Source: an uncultured Candidatus Saccharibacteria bacterium (lineage in GTDB: Bacteria; Patescibacteriota; Minisyncoccia; Phycocordibacterales; UBA9973). From it: DNA of 56,166 nucleotides. Of this stretch, positions 10,033 to 20,200 are shown piece by piece (the first letter of the stretch is position 1; every line of letters starts with the position of its first letter). The position numbers were made by a program, and so were the translations under genes. The stretch is from the NCBI GenBank assembly GCA_964527185.1, contig CAZGOI010000001.1, forward strand, positions 300,410-356,575, read 5' to 3'. Below the pieces are notes generated by a model. It was not told the origin of the DNA and made no database searches. It saw nothing but the letters and a program-made list of their open reading frames with translations.

Positions 10033-10527
10033 ATGAAGAAAACTAAAGAAGTCGCAGAAGAAGTGAACGACGAAAAAGAAGCCAAGCTCGGCGTCTATGA
10101 AGTCGGCTACCTAATGGTTCCTTCGATTGCCGAAGAGGGTCTCGGAGCTGAAGTCACGGTTTTTAAAGACTCGCTGACCGAGCACGGGGTAACATTTATA
10201 TCAGATGAATATCCCAAGATGATCGAACTTGCCTACGAGATGGCTCGCTCTATCGCTAATAAAAGGCAAAAATTCTCTTATGGTTATTTTGGTTGGGTCA
10301 AGTTTGAATGCAAACCCGAATCGGCCAAGGTCATAAAAGAAATGCTCGATAAAAATGAAAAGCTCATCCGCTACATCATCGTCAAGACTGTCCGCGAGAA
10401 TACAATGTCGCCAAAGCGACCATTCAAATCAGACACCATGAAGAAAAAATTCACTCCAAAGGTCGAAGAATCTGTACCGATCAACGAAGAAGTTATCGAC
10501 AAAGAGATCGATGCCCTTGTAGTATAA
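10033..10527 (+). CDS. rpsF: 30S ribosomal protein S6
   Basis: YEVGYL...LAYEM...GYFGW...LIRYIIVK; first gene of the rpsF-ssb-rpsR cluster. Confidence 0.9.
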   Translation: MKKTKEVAEEVNDEKEAKLGVYEVGYLMVPSIAEEGLGAEVTVFKDSLTEHGVTFISDEYPKMIELAYEMARSIANKRQKFSYGYFGWVKFECKPESAKVIKEMLDKNEKLIRYIIVKTVRENTMSPKRPFKSDTMKKKFTPKVEESVPINEEVIDKEIDALVV

Positions 10528-10556
10528 TAGGGTTACTAATAATAAATTAAAATTTT

Positions 10557-11012
10557 ATGTATCTAAACAAAGCATTCCTCATCGGCAATCTAACTCGTGA
10601 CCCAGAGCTCAAGGCCCTGCCATCTGGCATAAAGGTCTGTTCTTTCTCTATCGCTACAAATCGCGTTTGGAAAGATAAAAATGGCGCTCGCCAAGAAGCC
10701 GCAGACTACCACAACATCGTTGTCTTTGGTCGCCAAGCCGAAACTGTCGCCCAGTATATGAAGAAGGGTTCACAAGTTATGATCGAAGGTCGCATGCAAA
10801 CAAGGAGTTGGGATGATGCCGCATCTGGCACCAAGAAATACCGCACCGAAGTCATTGCCGATCGAGTTCAATTTGGTTCGTCAGGTGGTGGTGCAGGCGC
10901 TAGTGTCAAACCGCAAACGAGTCCTTCAAAAAAAGACGAAGAAGATGACAACGAACTCGATACTATCGAATACCCAGAAGAGCAAATCAACGCCGAAGAT
11001 ATACCATTTTAA
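10557..11012 (+). CDS. ssb: Single-stranded DNA-binding protein
   Basis: LNKAFLIGNLTRDPE, EGRMQTRSW, C-terminal DIPF. Confidence 0.98.
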   Translation: MYLNKAFLIGNLTRDPELKALPSGIKVCSFSIATNRVWKDKNGARQEAADYHNIVVFGRQAETVAQYMKKGSQVMIEGRMQTRSWDDAASGTKKYRTEVIADRVQFGSSGGGAGASVKPQTSPSKKDEEDDNELDTIEYPEEQINAEDIPF

Positions 11013-11036
11013 ATTTATCAATCAAATCTATAAAAA

Positions 11037-11237
11037 ATGAAACAAGATTATTTTTCATCAAACAATATTAAGCACATAGACTATAAAGACGTAGACTTGC
11101 TTCGCAAGTTTATCGCCCCAAGTGCCCGCATGATGAGTCGCCGCCGGACCGATGTCACGGCCAAGAATCAACGAAAACTCTCTCTGGCCATCAAACGTGC
11201 CCGCTTCATGGGCTTACTGCCTTATATTGCAAAGTAA
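11037..11237 (+). CDS. rpsR: 30S ribosomal protein S18
   Basis: [12 protein letters not shown]...[19 protein letters not shown]. Confidence 0.97.
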   Translation: MKQDYFSSNNIKHIDYKDVDLLRKFIAPSARMMSRRRTDVTAKNQRKLSLAIKRARFMGLLPYIAK

Positions 11238-11269
11238 TTAAAATCCCTCGAATTTGAGGGATTTTAATT
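11236..11269. terminator. Bidirectional terminator between rpsR and the pseudouridine synthase
   Basis: Perfect 14-bp stem AATTAAAATCCCTC/GAGGGATTTTAATT. Confidence 0.8.
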
Positions 11270-11968
11270 TAAATTTAAAGATTTCAAAAATATTTTTAAT
11301 TCCCCTCCTTCTATTTCCCGATACTCGCCGAGCGGGGTTTTGTCGAGCTCGATATTCATTATTCGAATGCGCTCGAGGTCGGTGACGCTGTGGTGCAGGG
11401 CTTCACACATGCGACGAATCTGTCTTTTTTTGCCTTCGGTCAAAATGATATGAAAAGTATTTTTGTTTTTTCGCCAAGCTTTGCATTTTTTGCTGACATA
11501 TCTGTCAAAATGTACGCCATTTTGCAAAAGGCTTAGAAATTTGTCGGTGAAATTCGGCTCGACTGCGACGATATATTCTTTTTCGTGCTTGTATTTTGGC
11601 GACAGCAATCGATCTGTCACTCGACCATCGTTCGTCAGGATTATTAGGCCATGGGAATCTTTGTCGAGCCGACCGATCGGGAAAACTTTTGTCGGGAATT
11701 TGGTCGTCCCCAAAATATCCTTGGCCCCGGTTTCTTTGTTGGTCGATATGCCGACTGGCTTGTTATATGCATAATAAAAATATTTTTTTATAGGCGCGTT
11801 TTTTGTAACTATGATTTCATCCCTTTCATTTACTTTGTCTCCCAGTATGGCCTTACGACCATTGATCGTGACAAAACCCCCTTCGACGAGAGCATCGGCC
11901 CCCTTGCGAGTCGAGTAATTTTTCAGAGCCAGATATTTATTTATTCTGATAGGGTAATCTATTTTCAT
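11264..11968 (-). CDS. rRNA pseudouridine synthase (RsuA/RluB/RluF family)
   Basis: S4 domain, YNKPVG, IGRLDKDSHGL, LTEGKKRQIRRM. Confidence 0.95.
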   Translation of the reverse strand: MKIDYPIRINKYLALKNYSTRKGADALVEGGFVTINGRKAILGDKVNERDEIIVTKNAPIKKYFYYAYNKPVGISTNKETGAKDILGTTKFPTKVFPIGRLDKDSHGLIILTNDGRVTDRLLSPKYKHEKEYIVAVEPNFTDKFLSLLQNGVHFDRYVSKKCKAWRKNKNTFHIILTEGKKRQIRRMCEALHHSVTDLERIRIMNIELDKTPLGEYREIEGGELKIFLKSLNLN

Positions 11969-13130
11969 GATTGTGTTTAAGTTGCGGAATATAATATAGC
12001 CCAGAAAGCATTATGACTGACAGCACTATGAATAAGAATTTAAAAGGTAAAAATACAAAAGAGAAGGTAGCTATAAGCGGGGCAATGACATAAGAGAGTG
12101 GTGTCATATCACGAAAAACGCCAAGCAGGTAAGCTTCTTCTTCTTTTACATGAGTGAAAAAATATATTTCAGACGTAGTTTCTATGATACTTGCCCCAAC
12201 TCGAGTCATAAACAGTATCATAGCCCAGAGAGTGATATTTTTTACTGTTATAAAAGGTATAGAAGCCGTGAAACCGATGATGATGAGAAAGCCAATATAT
12301 AAAAGCGTTCTTTTTTTGATTCCATATTTATCGATCAGAAGTCCGGTCGGTAGACCAAATATAACAAAAGGAATAAGCATGACAGTAAATATAACCCCGA
12401 TTTGATCCCAACCAAAACCAATATGTTTATTTAAATAAATTGGTGTATAGACCACCATAAGAGCGAAGAAAAATTGCAAGATAAAATTTATAATTGTGAT
12501 TGCAAGGATGTGCTTGTTCTCTTTTAAATATCTATAAGTTTTCAAGAATGGGGTGCGTTTGTACTTTTTATCTTTAAAATCGCCAACCGATAAAAATAAC
12601 CCGAGCGTCATGACGATTACTGTGACAAGAGCGACGACGTAAACTGCGACATAGCCACCGTCTTCTGTTACAAGAAGGGCGGTTACAAGAGGCGACAATA
12701 CCCAAGCTAGATTTGTGATAGTTAGATAAAGCCCCCGAGTTCGACCAATTGTCTCGGGGTTGCCAAAGTGTTCGACGAATACATCAAGACAAAGTGATAT
12801 CAAAACGTTGGTGATCAGTATAAGAATAAATGATATTGCGGTTAACCACGGATTAAGCGATGTTATCAAGAAAGCCAAAGAAATCATGTTTATAAACAAA
12901 AGACCGGTGATGAGTTTTCTGTTACCGAAATGTTTCAAAATATTTGTACTAACAGAAAGAAAAATAATCGTGATTATCGCCGCAGTCGTGTAGAGTACAC
13001 CAACGTATTTTTCAGAAATTATTTTTGTCAGAAATGTCGAGTTGACGTAGGCCGAAAGAGATATATGCAACGTAAAAAGAAACGACAGTGCATACATTTT
13101 GTTTATTTTCGATAGCCTCATATTAGACAC
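11937..13130 (-). CDS. MFS transporter
   Basis: About 12 hydrophobic segments; GLLIDKYGIKKR loop motif. Confidence 0.85.
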   Translation of the reverse strand: MSNMRLSKINKMYALSFLFTLHISLSAYVNSTFLTKIISEKYVGVLYTTAAIITIIFLSVSTNILKHFGNRKLITGLLFINMISLAFLITSLNPWLTAISFILILITNVLISLCLDVFVEHFGNPETIGRTRGLYLTITNLAWVLSPLVTALLVTEDGGYVAVYVVALVTVIVMTLGLFLSVGDFKDKKYKRTPFLKTYRYLKENKHILAITIINFILQFFFALMVVYTPIYLNKHIGFGWDQIGVIFTVMLIPFVIFGLPTGLLIDKYGIKKRTLLYIGFLIIIGFTASIPFITVKNITLWAMILFMTRVGASIIETTSEIYFFTHVKEEEAYLLGVFRDMTPLSYVIAPLIATFSFVFLPFKFLFIVLSVIMLSGLYYIPQLKHNHENRLPYQNK

Positions 13131-15078
13131 TCAAAAGCACGGGGATGACGAGTGGTCGCTTGGCAGTCTTTTGATACAAGAATTTTGAGATATTGTCTCC
13201 CAAGTTAGTCTTGATAATGTCAAAGTTTATAGGGTTCATGCCACGAGCGCCGTCCTCGATAGTTTTCTTTATGATCAGTCGCACTTGGTGCAAGAGTTCC
13301 TGATTTTCTTTCAAATAAATAAAACCTCGTGAAATTATATCTGGCGACTTGCGGAGTTTGCCCGAGACCGAGTCGATGGTGGCGATGAGGACGAACATTC
13401 CGTCTTGGGCAAGCATTTGCCTGTCACGGATGACGACTTCTTGCTCATCGCCAACCGAGAATCCATCGACCATCATTGGTCCTGATGGAGCCTTTTCTTT
13501 TCTAACTGTGATTTTATTGCCGCTATCGACGATCTCGATTATCGAGCCGTTGTCTGGTACAACAATATTCTCCTCACTCATACCGAGCGACATAGCGAGT
13601 TCTTTGTGCGCGACCAGCATCGAATGCCAGCCATGGATAGGTATGAAAAATTTTGGATGAGTTTTTCGATGCAACCACTTTATATCTTCTTGGTTGCCGT
13701 GACCGGTGGCGTGGATATATTCCTCTGAAGTTCTATAACTTATAATCCGAACACCGTGGCGAGCCAGGTTGTCTTTCATGTGTTGAACAGACATTTCATT
13801 TCCTGGCACGATCGAAGCCGAGAGTATGATGGTGTCACCCTTTCTGATGGTAAATTTTTTGTGAGTTTTATTTGCGGCGCGATTGAGCGATGCAAATTCT
13901 TCACCTTGGGCGCCGGTCATGAGGATGATTAATTTATTTGGTGGATAGTTATCGACATCTTCGACGGGGATGATCGTGCCTTTTTTAGGTTTGAATAATC
14001 CAGCTTGCTCGCAAACTTCCATATTTGTTTTAAGTGACCTACCATCGAGCACAACTTTCTTTCCAAATCGTTCTGCGATCTCAACTATTTTAACAAGTCG
14101 AGTAATATGCGAAGCAAAAGCGGCGATGATGATTCGCCCGGTACCTTGCTTGATCAATTTCTCAAGGCCTTCATGGACTTTTATTTCAGGCAAAGCATAG
14201 CCTTCATTTTCGACGTTTGTCGAATCAGTCAAAAGGAGCAGAACTTTTTCTTTATCAAAAAATGCATACTCTTTTTCTTCAGCCTCTGTAACTTTTCCAT
14301 CAATCTGGTCGAGTTTGTAGTCACCCGGTGTAACAATGAGGCCGTATGGAGTCTCAATCACTATGCCCATCGAGTCTGGCACGGTGTGGGTCACGCCGAA
14401 AAATCTTATTTTCATATCACCGACATAAATGACGGAATCTTTTTCAACAATATGGACATCAAGCGGTGGCAGGTGGGGGAATTCTTCTTGACGTTTCTTC
14501 ATTAAAAGGACAGAAAGATTTCTGGAATAAAGCGGCGGATTGCCGATGCGGCTCATGACAAGCGGAATACCGCCGATGTGGTCAAGGTGGCCGTGGGTCA
14601 CGAACATGCCGCGGATTTTATCTTTGCGTTCCTCAAGGTATGTCGTATTCGGAATTATATAATCGATTCCAGGGGTATCTTCTGTTTTAAACTGCATACC
14701 AGCGTCTATGACTATGATATCGTTGCCGATCTCGATAGCGGTCATATTCTTACCGATTTCTTCAACTCCGCCGAGTGGTATAACGCGAATAACCCCCTTG
14801 TCAGGCGGAGGAATAAGATGTGTTTTCTTTACAGCCCTCGGGTTTTCGATTGGAGCTGTAAGTTTTGATTTACGAGATCCTTTGTTGTTGACGTATTGAT
14901 AACTACCTCGTGATTTTGCTTGGGGTCCTGATTGCTTGGTGTAAAAGCCAGATCTTTTAACTTGGCCCGGATGATTGGGCGAAGAAGGCTTGTGCAGGGT
15001 TCGTACCAAGTTTCTTTTACCGTGAAATCTGTTTCCACCTATTCGTTTTCTACTACTGTTGTGCTGTGGTTCATTCAT
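13123..15078 (-). CDS. rnj: Ribonuclease J with a basic, disordered N-terminal extension
   Basis: IPLGGVEEIGKNMT, THGHLDHIGG, HATGH, PIHG. Confidence 0.96.
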   Translation of the reverse strand: MNEPQHNSSRKRIGGNRFHGKRNLVRTLHKPSSPNHPGQVKRSGFYTKQSGPQAKSRGSYQYVNNKGSRKSKLTAPIENPRAVKKTHLIPPPDKGVIRVIPLGGVEEIGKNMTAIEIGNDIIVIDAGMQFKTEDTPGIDYIIPNTTYLEERKDKIRGMFVTHGHLDHIGGIPLVMSRIGNPPLYSRNLSVLLMKKRQEEFPHLPPLDVHIVEKDSVIYVGDMKIRFFGVTHTVPDSMGIVIETPYGLIVTPGDYKLDQIDGKVTEAEEKEYAFFDKEKVLLLLTDSTNVENEGYALPEIKVHEGLEKLIKQGTGRIIIAAFASHITRLVKIVEIAERFGKKVVLDGRSLKTNMEVCEQAGLFKPKKGTIIPVEDVDNYPPNKLIILMTGAQGEEFASLNRAANKTHKKFTIRKGDTIILSASIVPGNEMSVQHMKDNLARHGVRIISYRTSEEYIHATGHGNQEDIKWLHRKTHPKFFIPIHGWHSMLVAHKELAMSLGMSEENIVVPDNGSIIEIVDSGNKITVRKEKAPSGPMMVDGFSVGDEQEVVIRDRQMLAQDGMFVLIATIDSVSGKLRKSPDIISRGFIYLKENQELLHQVRLIIKKTIEDGARGMNPINFDIIKTNLGDNISKFLYQKTAKRPLVIPVLLSV

Positions 15079-15093
15079 ATATTATTTATTTTT

Positions 15094-16914
15094 TTATCTA
15101 GTAAATATTTTCCAGACCTGATCTTTTTCGCCGTACCAAGTATGGACTTGGGCAAAACGATCAGCCGGAGTTATTAATGTTTCTAATTTTATGTTTGCTA
15201 ATTTTGGTAGCGTAGCATAGAGATATTTTGGCGAGTAGATCAAGATAGCTGGAACATTTTTATTAAACTCACTTACAAAATCTTCATATTTTTTGTCTCT
15301 ATCATCTTGGTTTGGCATTTTCTGAACTGCTTCTAATATCGAGTCGACAAGTTTATCGTCATACATGGCGATGTTTAAGCCCGGATCCGCCCTCTGCGAC
15401 GAATGCCAAAATGTAAAAAGATCTGACTCGTGATTTATGTTCTGGCCATAAAAAACTGCTTCATAGCTGCGGTTGCGGATAGCCTCGGTCAGTGGCCCAG
15501 TCTCGTAGACTTTGACGTTGACTTCGATACCGATTTTCTCGAGCTGTTCTTTTACAAGCATGGCTGTATTTTGAAGCTCTGGCGTGTCGCCGGTACTCAA
15601 TGAGAAACTCAATCGAACGACGGGGCCATTGTTGACTGTAACTTTTTGAGTGACTGTTTTTTTGCCAACCTTTTTAGTTTTTGTAACAGTCGTTACTCCA
15701 CCCTTTGTTCTTATGCCGCCTGCGCCTTCTACCCAGCCGTCGCTCTCAAGCAGCGTCTTGGCATCTTCTATTTTTGCATTTTGATATGACGAAGCACCAT
15801 CGTCTTTTAAAATTGTTTCTGGTACTGGGCTGTGCACGATGCTCGCATAGCCATAGAGAATTTTATCTACAATCTCTTGCCGATCGACTGCCTCGTCTAT
15901 AGCATTGATAATCTTTTGGTCTGCCAAGATTTTATTATTTAAAGAGTTAAAGAATATTCCAAATATTCGCGGAAGGGTAGCAGTATGAATCGCATAGCCG
16001 GCCTTGTCGATATTGTTCGCATTCTCGCCCGAGAATCCGCTGGCCTGATCGATCGAATTTGAAAGCATGGCATCAACCAGAGATTTTTCGTTGTCATAGG
16101 AGGCAATATTTATGTACTTTATATGCGGTTCACCGAGAACAAAATCTGCAAACCGCTTGAGTTCGTATCGATCTGGCACACCCTCGCTGTTTTTTGATAC
16201 AGAATTTATCTGATATGGTCCCGAGCCGATAGCTTTGGTGTTGTTGTAAACAGACAAGGCAAATTCTTGGGGAGAAAAATTCTTCCATATATGCATTGGC
16301 AAGATGCCGATGTTTGTATTATCTAGAAACGAAATATATGGCTGCTTCAAAGTAAACACAACTGTGTAATCGTCGGTTTTACTGACGTCGATGCCGTCCC
16401 AGCCCAATTTGCGAGGGCTTTTAATCAAAGAATCTTTTATCTTTCCGATTGTAAATATAACATCGTCGGCTGTGACTTTGACTCCGTCTTGAAATTTTGC
16501 ATCCTTCCGCAAATTAAATGTATACATCATGCCATCGGGCGAAATAGTGTATGGATTTTTCGGGTCTGCCAAGTCTGGAACCAAGTCGCCATTTTCATCT
16601 TTGCGCATCAGGCCGCTATAGACGAGCGCAGACAGGTCTTTGTCTGCATCGGTCAGGGCAAGCACCGGGTTCACAAGAGTTGGCATGCCTATGATACCCT
16701 CGGTTATCGTTCCGCCGTCGGCCGGTACGGTCGTCATAAAAGAAGTGTTGACCCTCTCTAGGATTGCAAGCGCAGATACTAGCGCAACCACGATAACTAA
16801 AAACAAAAACCTAACTTGATTGGGAGAAAAAGAAGCTCGAGCTTCGGCGAGCTCGCTTTTTTTAGGAATTTTAAATTCTTTGATAAATGTGAGAAAGTTA
16901 CGCATACGATACAC
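15094..16914 (-). CDS. ABC transporter substrate-binding protein, family 5 (OppA/DppA-like)
   Basis: LVYSGLM...PDLA, YTFNLRKDAKFQDG, GSGPY; N-terminal TM anchor. Confidence 0.9.
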   Translation of the reverse strand: MYRMRNFLTFIKEFKIPKKSELAEARASFSPNQVRFLFLVIVVALVSALAILERVNTSFMTTVPADGGTITEGIIGMPTLVNPVLALTDADKDLSALVYSGLMRKDENGDLVPDLADPKNPYTISPDGMMYTFNLRKDAKFQDGVKVTADDVIFTIGKIKDSLIKSPRKLGWDGIDVSKTDDYTVVFTLKQPYISFLDNTNIGILPMHIWKNFSPQEFALSVYNNTKAIGSGPYQINSVSKNSEGVPDRYELKRFADFVLGEPHIKYINIASYDNEKSLVDAMLSNSIDQASGFSGENANNIDKAGYAIHTATLPRIFGIFFNSLNNKILADQKIINAIDEAVDRQEIVDKILYGYASIVHSPVPETILKDDGASSYQNAKIEDAKTLLESDGWVEGAGGIRTKGGVTTVTKTKKVGKKTVTQKVTVNNGPVVRLSFSLSTGDTPELQNTAMLVKEQLEKIGIEVNVKVYETGPLTEAIRNRSYEAVFYGQNINHESDLFTFWHSSQRADPGLNIAMYDDKLVDSILEAVQKMPNQDDRDKKYEDFVSEFNKNVPAILIYSPKYLYATLPKLANIKLETLITPADRFAQVHTWYGEKDQVWKIFTR

Positions 16915-16945
16915 GAAATAGCGAGAAGATTATTTTTATTTTTTA

Positions 16946-17179
16946 TTATTTAACAAGTATTGCCAAAAATGCTGAAACAGCAAAAAGTATTCCAACTATG
17001 ATTGTTGTCACAAAGAGAAATTTCTCAAATCCGCGTCTAGTATGATAGAGGCCTCCACTATCCCCGCCGCCGAGCGCCCCGCCTAGGCCTGCGCTAGATT
17101 GCTGCAATAGAATTGTACCAACCAAAATAATAGACAGCATAATCTGTATATATGGTAGTAGATTAGCAATAATCGTCAT
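16946..17179 (-). CDS. secG: Preprotein translocase subunit SecG
   Basis: ILLQQSSAGLGGALGGG...TRRGFEKFL. Start is probably the ATG at 17179 rather than 17215. Confidence 0.9.
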   Translation of the reverse strand: MTIIANLLPYIQIMLSIILVGTILLQQSSAGLGGALGGGDSGGLYHTRRGFEKFLFVTTIIVGILFAVSAFLAILVK

Positions 17180-17523
17180 GCCAAATATACTACTATAATT
17201 GGGCCTTTTTTGCAAATTTCGCGTGCTCTAATTCTAGCATTTGCGCGAACTTTTTTCGAGCGAAATCCCTAGCACATTCCGCTGGGCAAAGCCCTCATCC
17301 GCCAAAGACGTATGTTCTCGCAAGGCGAAAAAGCGGAAATGTACAAACGCGCTCCGCCACATATTTTCTGGGGATATAGAGGCGGAATGGTGGACTCACC
17401 CGTGCGCAGGAGGGGTCTGGGGAAGAATGCGCGCGGGCTTTGGCTTTTTGGTTTTTGGTGGGGCGGCATTGTAAAAAGAAAAAGCACACCCCGATAATTT
17501 TTAATCGTGCGTGCCTTATTTTT

Positions 17524-17557
17524 ATAGAAAAAGAGTTATGTCAAACTCTTTTTCTAT
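17524..17557. terminator. Perfect 14-bp inverted repeat
   Basis: ATAGAAAAAGAGTT-atgtca-AACTCTTTTTCTAT, downstream of the minus-strand ORF ending at 17609. Confidence 0.6.
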
Positions 17558-17608
17558 CCTGCTTCCATTTGAGATAAAACTCGGCTCTAAGAGTTTTTTT
17601 GTTTGCGC

Positions 17609-17938
17609 TTAATCTGTTACAGGATTTTCAGCAATTTCCTTTTTTGTTTTACCCCAAAACTCCACCTCATATATGAACCGGTCTTCTTCGCTGTTGCCAT
17701 GACCTTCGTAAAGAATTCTTGCGTACCTGCATCCTATACCAAGGTCTTTAAGATAATACTTAAGCGAAACAGACCAAAAATCTTTTTCCCCGAACAACGG
17801 AGAAAAACTTTTAAATGTTTTCTTTTGGCCTGTGCCCGGTGGGTATTTTTCCAAGGTTGCCTTTTCATATAAATATACAATCCAGTAGAAAATACTTAAT
17901 AAAAGTAAAACATCAATAATCGTTTTTATTGTTTGCAT
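17609..17938 (-). CDS. Hypothetical protein with an N-terminal TM helix
   Basis: 109-aa ORF preceded by AGGAGG and a TTGACA promoter-like sequence. Confidence 0.7.
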   Translation of the reverse strand: MQTIKTIIDVLLLLSIFYWIVYLYEKATLEKYPPGTGQKKTFKSFSPLFGEKDFWSVSLKYYLKDLGIGCRYARILYEGHGNSEEDRFIYEVEFWGKTKKEIAENPVTD

Positions 17939-18082
17939 TTTTTCCTCCTTTTTATTTTGTTTGAAATGTGAATTTTCTCAAGACAGTTTAGTAGTAAAAC
18001 TTGACTTTGTCAAGGTTTTCTCGTTCTCTCACGAAAGCCATACCAATGGCTTTCTCCCGCACAAACTCACTTTGTTCGTTTG

Positions 18083-18166
18083 TGCCGGGGAGAGGACTTG
18101 AACCTCCATGAGTGTAACCTCGCTTGCTCCTAAGGCAAGTGCGTCTGCCAATTTCGCCACCCCGGC
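18083..18166 (-). tRNA. tRNA-Leu(TAG)
   Basis: GCCGGGG acceptor stem, CTTGC-CT-TAG-GA-GCAAG anticodon arm, long variable arm, GGTTCAAGTCC. Confidence 0.95.
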
Positions 18167-18191
18167 ATTATTTAATTCCGACGCCTAGTTG

Positions 18192-18263
18192 AGGCGTGGG
18201 CGGGAATTGAACCCGCGTATGGCGGTTTTGCAGACCGCAGCGTTACCACTTCGCCACCACGCC
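18192..18263 (-). tRNA. tRNA-Cys(GCA)
   Basis: GGCGTGG acceptor stem, GCGGT-CT-GCA-AA-ACCGC, GGTTCAATTCC, U73. Confidence 0.95.
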
Positions 18264-18285
18264 ATATTTTAACAATTAACATCAT

Positions 18286-18338
18286 GACCGCAGCGTGGAC
18301 TCTATCCGCTTCTGGCGGAACTTCGCCACCACGCCATA
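18286..18338 (-). repeat. Duplicated 5' half of tRNA-Cys with the D-loop replaced by a 24-nt hairpin-containing insert
   Basis: GACCGCAGCGT and CTTCGCCACCACGCCATA are identical to the tRNA (+ strand); TACCA is replaced by GGACTCTATCCGCTTCTGGCGGAA. Confidence 0.85.
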
Positions 18339-18347
18339 ACCTGTATC

Positions 18348-18674
18348 CTAACTTTTCGGAAGCAATTCGTCAATTTTCTGCCGATTTTTTTCTCCTTCAT
18401 CTATCTCAACATCAAGATATGGAATCGGGTTTACCCGCAATCTCTCGCTTATATATTTTCGCATCTCGCCTAGGTTGCGTTTTATAAAACCAAATGCCGC
18501 AGCTTCTTTTTCTTCGGGCAAGACTGTCACCATGATTTTTGCTTTTTTGTTGTCACTTGAAAGCATTACCCGAGTGACGGTTATGAGGGCGCTTCGGCCA
18601 GCTTCGCGTTCTATGAATACGGCTGCGAGCTCCCTGATCTGGTTTGTAATTTTTTCATTTCTAAAGTCACCCAT
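18348..18674 (-). CDS. rbfA: Ribosome-binding factor A
   Basis: ITVTRVMLSSDNKKAKI...IPYLDVEIDEGEKN; downstream of infB. Confidence 0.88.
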   Translation of the reverse strand: MGDFRNEKITNQIRELAAVFIEREAGRSALITVTRVMLSSDNKKAKIMVTVLPEEKEAAAFGFIKRNLGEMRKYISERLRVNPIPYLDVEIDEGEKNRQKIDELLPKS

Positions 18675-18675
18675 G

Positions 18676-20187
18676 TTATTTGACTACCATTATAAAAGCT
18701 TCGAGGGTATCGCCACCGGCAATTTCTATTTTCGAATCGACGAGCGCCCCGCACTCGCTGTCTTCGAGTATTTCTTTGGTTTTGATCTTGTTCATCTGGA
18801 GACCGATAATCTTGCCACGGCCGATTTCATTTTCTCGCCTTATAATTCTAACATTGCTACCCTCGGCGATCTGCCCGGTGGTGACTTTACCGCCGATGAC
18901 CTGTTTGTCCTTGGTGGCACTGAAAATTTTTAAGACCTTCATGCTGCCTATAACTTCGACTTGCTCTTCTCTCGGTCGTCTTTCTTCAAAAACTTCTTTT
19001 AAAAAGTCTATCAGCTTATAAATAATATCGAAAAACTTAATATTGGCGCCGATTGTTTCATTCAAATCTTTCGCTCCATTTTCAATTTTAGTATTAAAAC
19101 CAAAAACTATTGTCTCACGGCTGACACTTGCCATTTTGAGGTCAGATTCATTGATAGCGCCGACGCCAGTATGGATTATTTTAAAAGACAGGTCAGTCGT
19201 ATTTAATTTTTCAATTTCTTTCTCGATCGCTTCGATCGTCCCAGAGACGTCGGTCTTCAATATAATCGGCACAATTTTTTTGGCTGAAATCACAATATTG
19301 GAATCTTTTTTATTTGAAAGTTTTTCTTCTTTTATGATGCGCACATATTCCTCTGCATCTTTTTTGTTTGTAAATGATTCAAATTCACTGCCGACATCTG
19401 GTAGGGAATCGAATCCGACAAGTTTTATCGGCGAAGAAAACATCGCCTCTTTGATTGGTTTGCCTGCAAAATTTTCAAGGACCCTGGTTGTGGTGATCGC
19501 TTCGCCGACAGCGACAAACATTCCAGACGCAAGCGAACCATCTTTGATAATGGCTGTTGCCGATACACCGCGTTTCGGGTCGCGATGGGCTTCGATGATT
19601 ATTCCGGTCGCGAGCCTATTTTTATCTCCATTAAAAGAATGCAGAGCCGCCACTAGTAGTATCATATCGAGCAGTTCATCTACCCCAGTGCCGATTTTTG
19701 CAGAAATTGGGACAAATGGAATGTCGCCGCCTAACCCCTCGAGGTAAATTCCTTTCTCGACCAAATCCATTTTTACTTTATCGATGTTTGCATTTGATTT
19801 ATCGATTTTATTTATAGCAACTATGTATGGAACATTGTTTTCGATAATGGTGTTATAGGCTTCGAGTGTCTGGGCTTTGACACTATCTTCAGCTGATAAA
19901 AGCAATATGGCGATATCAGCGGCCGAGGCTCCGCGGGCTCGCATTTTAGAAAAGGCTTCGTGGCCGGGTGTATCTAGAAATGTTATTTTCTTGTCACTGC
20001 CATGTTCGTCTTTATGCAAAACTTCATAGGCGCTGATCTGCTGGGTTATACCGCCGGCTTCATCGGCGACGACATTGGTCTTACGAATATAATCAAGCAA
20101 GGTCGACTTGCCATGGTCGACGTGTCCCATGACTACGACGACAGGGGGACGCTCGATAATATTCGGCTCTAATTTTTTTGTATTCAT
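18676..20187 (-). CDS. infB: Translation initiation factor IF-2 (lacking the N-terminal domain)
   Basis: [32 protein letters not shown]. Confidence 0.97.
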   Translation of the reverse strand: MNTKKLEPNIIERPPVVVVMGHVDHGKSTLLDYIRKTNVVADEAGGITQQISAYEVLHKDEHGSDKKITFLDTPGHEAFSKMRARGASAADIAILLLSAEDSVKAQTLEAYNTIIENNVPYIVAINKIDKSNANIDKVKMDLVEKGIYLEGLGGDIPFVPISAKIGTGVDELLDMILLVAALHSFNGDKNRLATGIIIEAHRDPKRGVSATAIIKDGSLASGMFVAVGEAITTTRVLENFAGKPIKEAMFSSPIKLVGFDSLPDVGSEFESFTNKKDAEEYVRIIKEEKLSNKKDSNIVISAKKIVPIILKTDVSGTIEAIEKEIEKLNTTDLSFKIIHTGVGAINESDLKMASVSRETIVFGFNTKIENGAKDLNETIGANIKFFDIIYKLIDFLKEVFEERRPREEQVEVIGSMKVLKIFSATKDKQVIGGKVTTGQIAEGSNVRIIRRENEIGRGKIIGLQMNKIKTKEILEDSECGALVDSKIEIAGGDTLEAFIMVVK

Positions 20188-20200
20188 ATTGTCTAATAAA

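Noticed and set aside
16835-16858. GAAGCTCGAGCTTC palindrome near the start of the OppA-like gene
   Set aside because: Short, and explained by Glu/Leu/Ala/Arg codons; no evidence of an insertion.
17241-17497. Short ORFs, RNase P RNA or a complete tmRNA in the GC-rich intergenic stretch
   Set aside because: The overlapping ORFs lack protein-like features. The RNase P GAGGAAAGUC motif, a tmRNA 5' end and a T-loop are absent. Kept only as an unexplained element.
13123-20187. RNase J N-terminal extension and N-terminally short IF-2 as novelties
   Set aside because: Variants of this kind are, to my recall, common in reduced and CPR genomes; noted in the features only.
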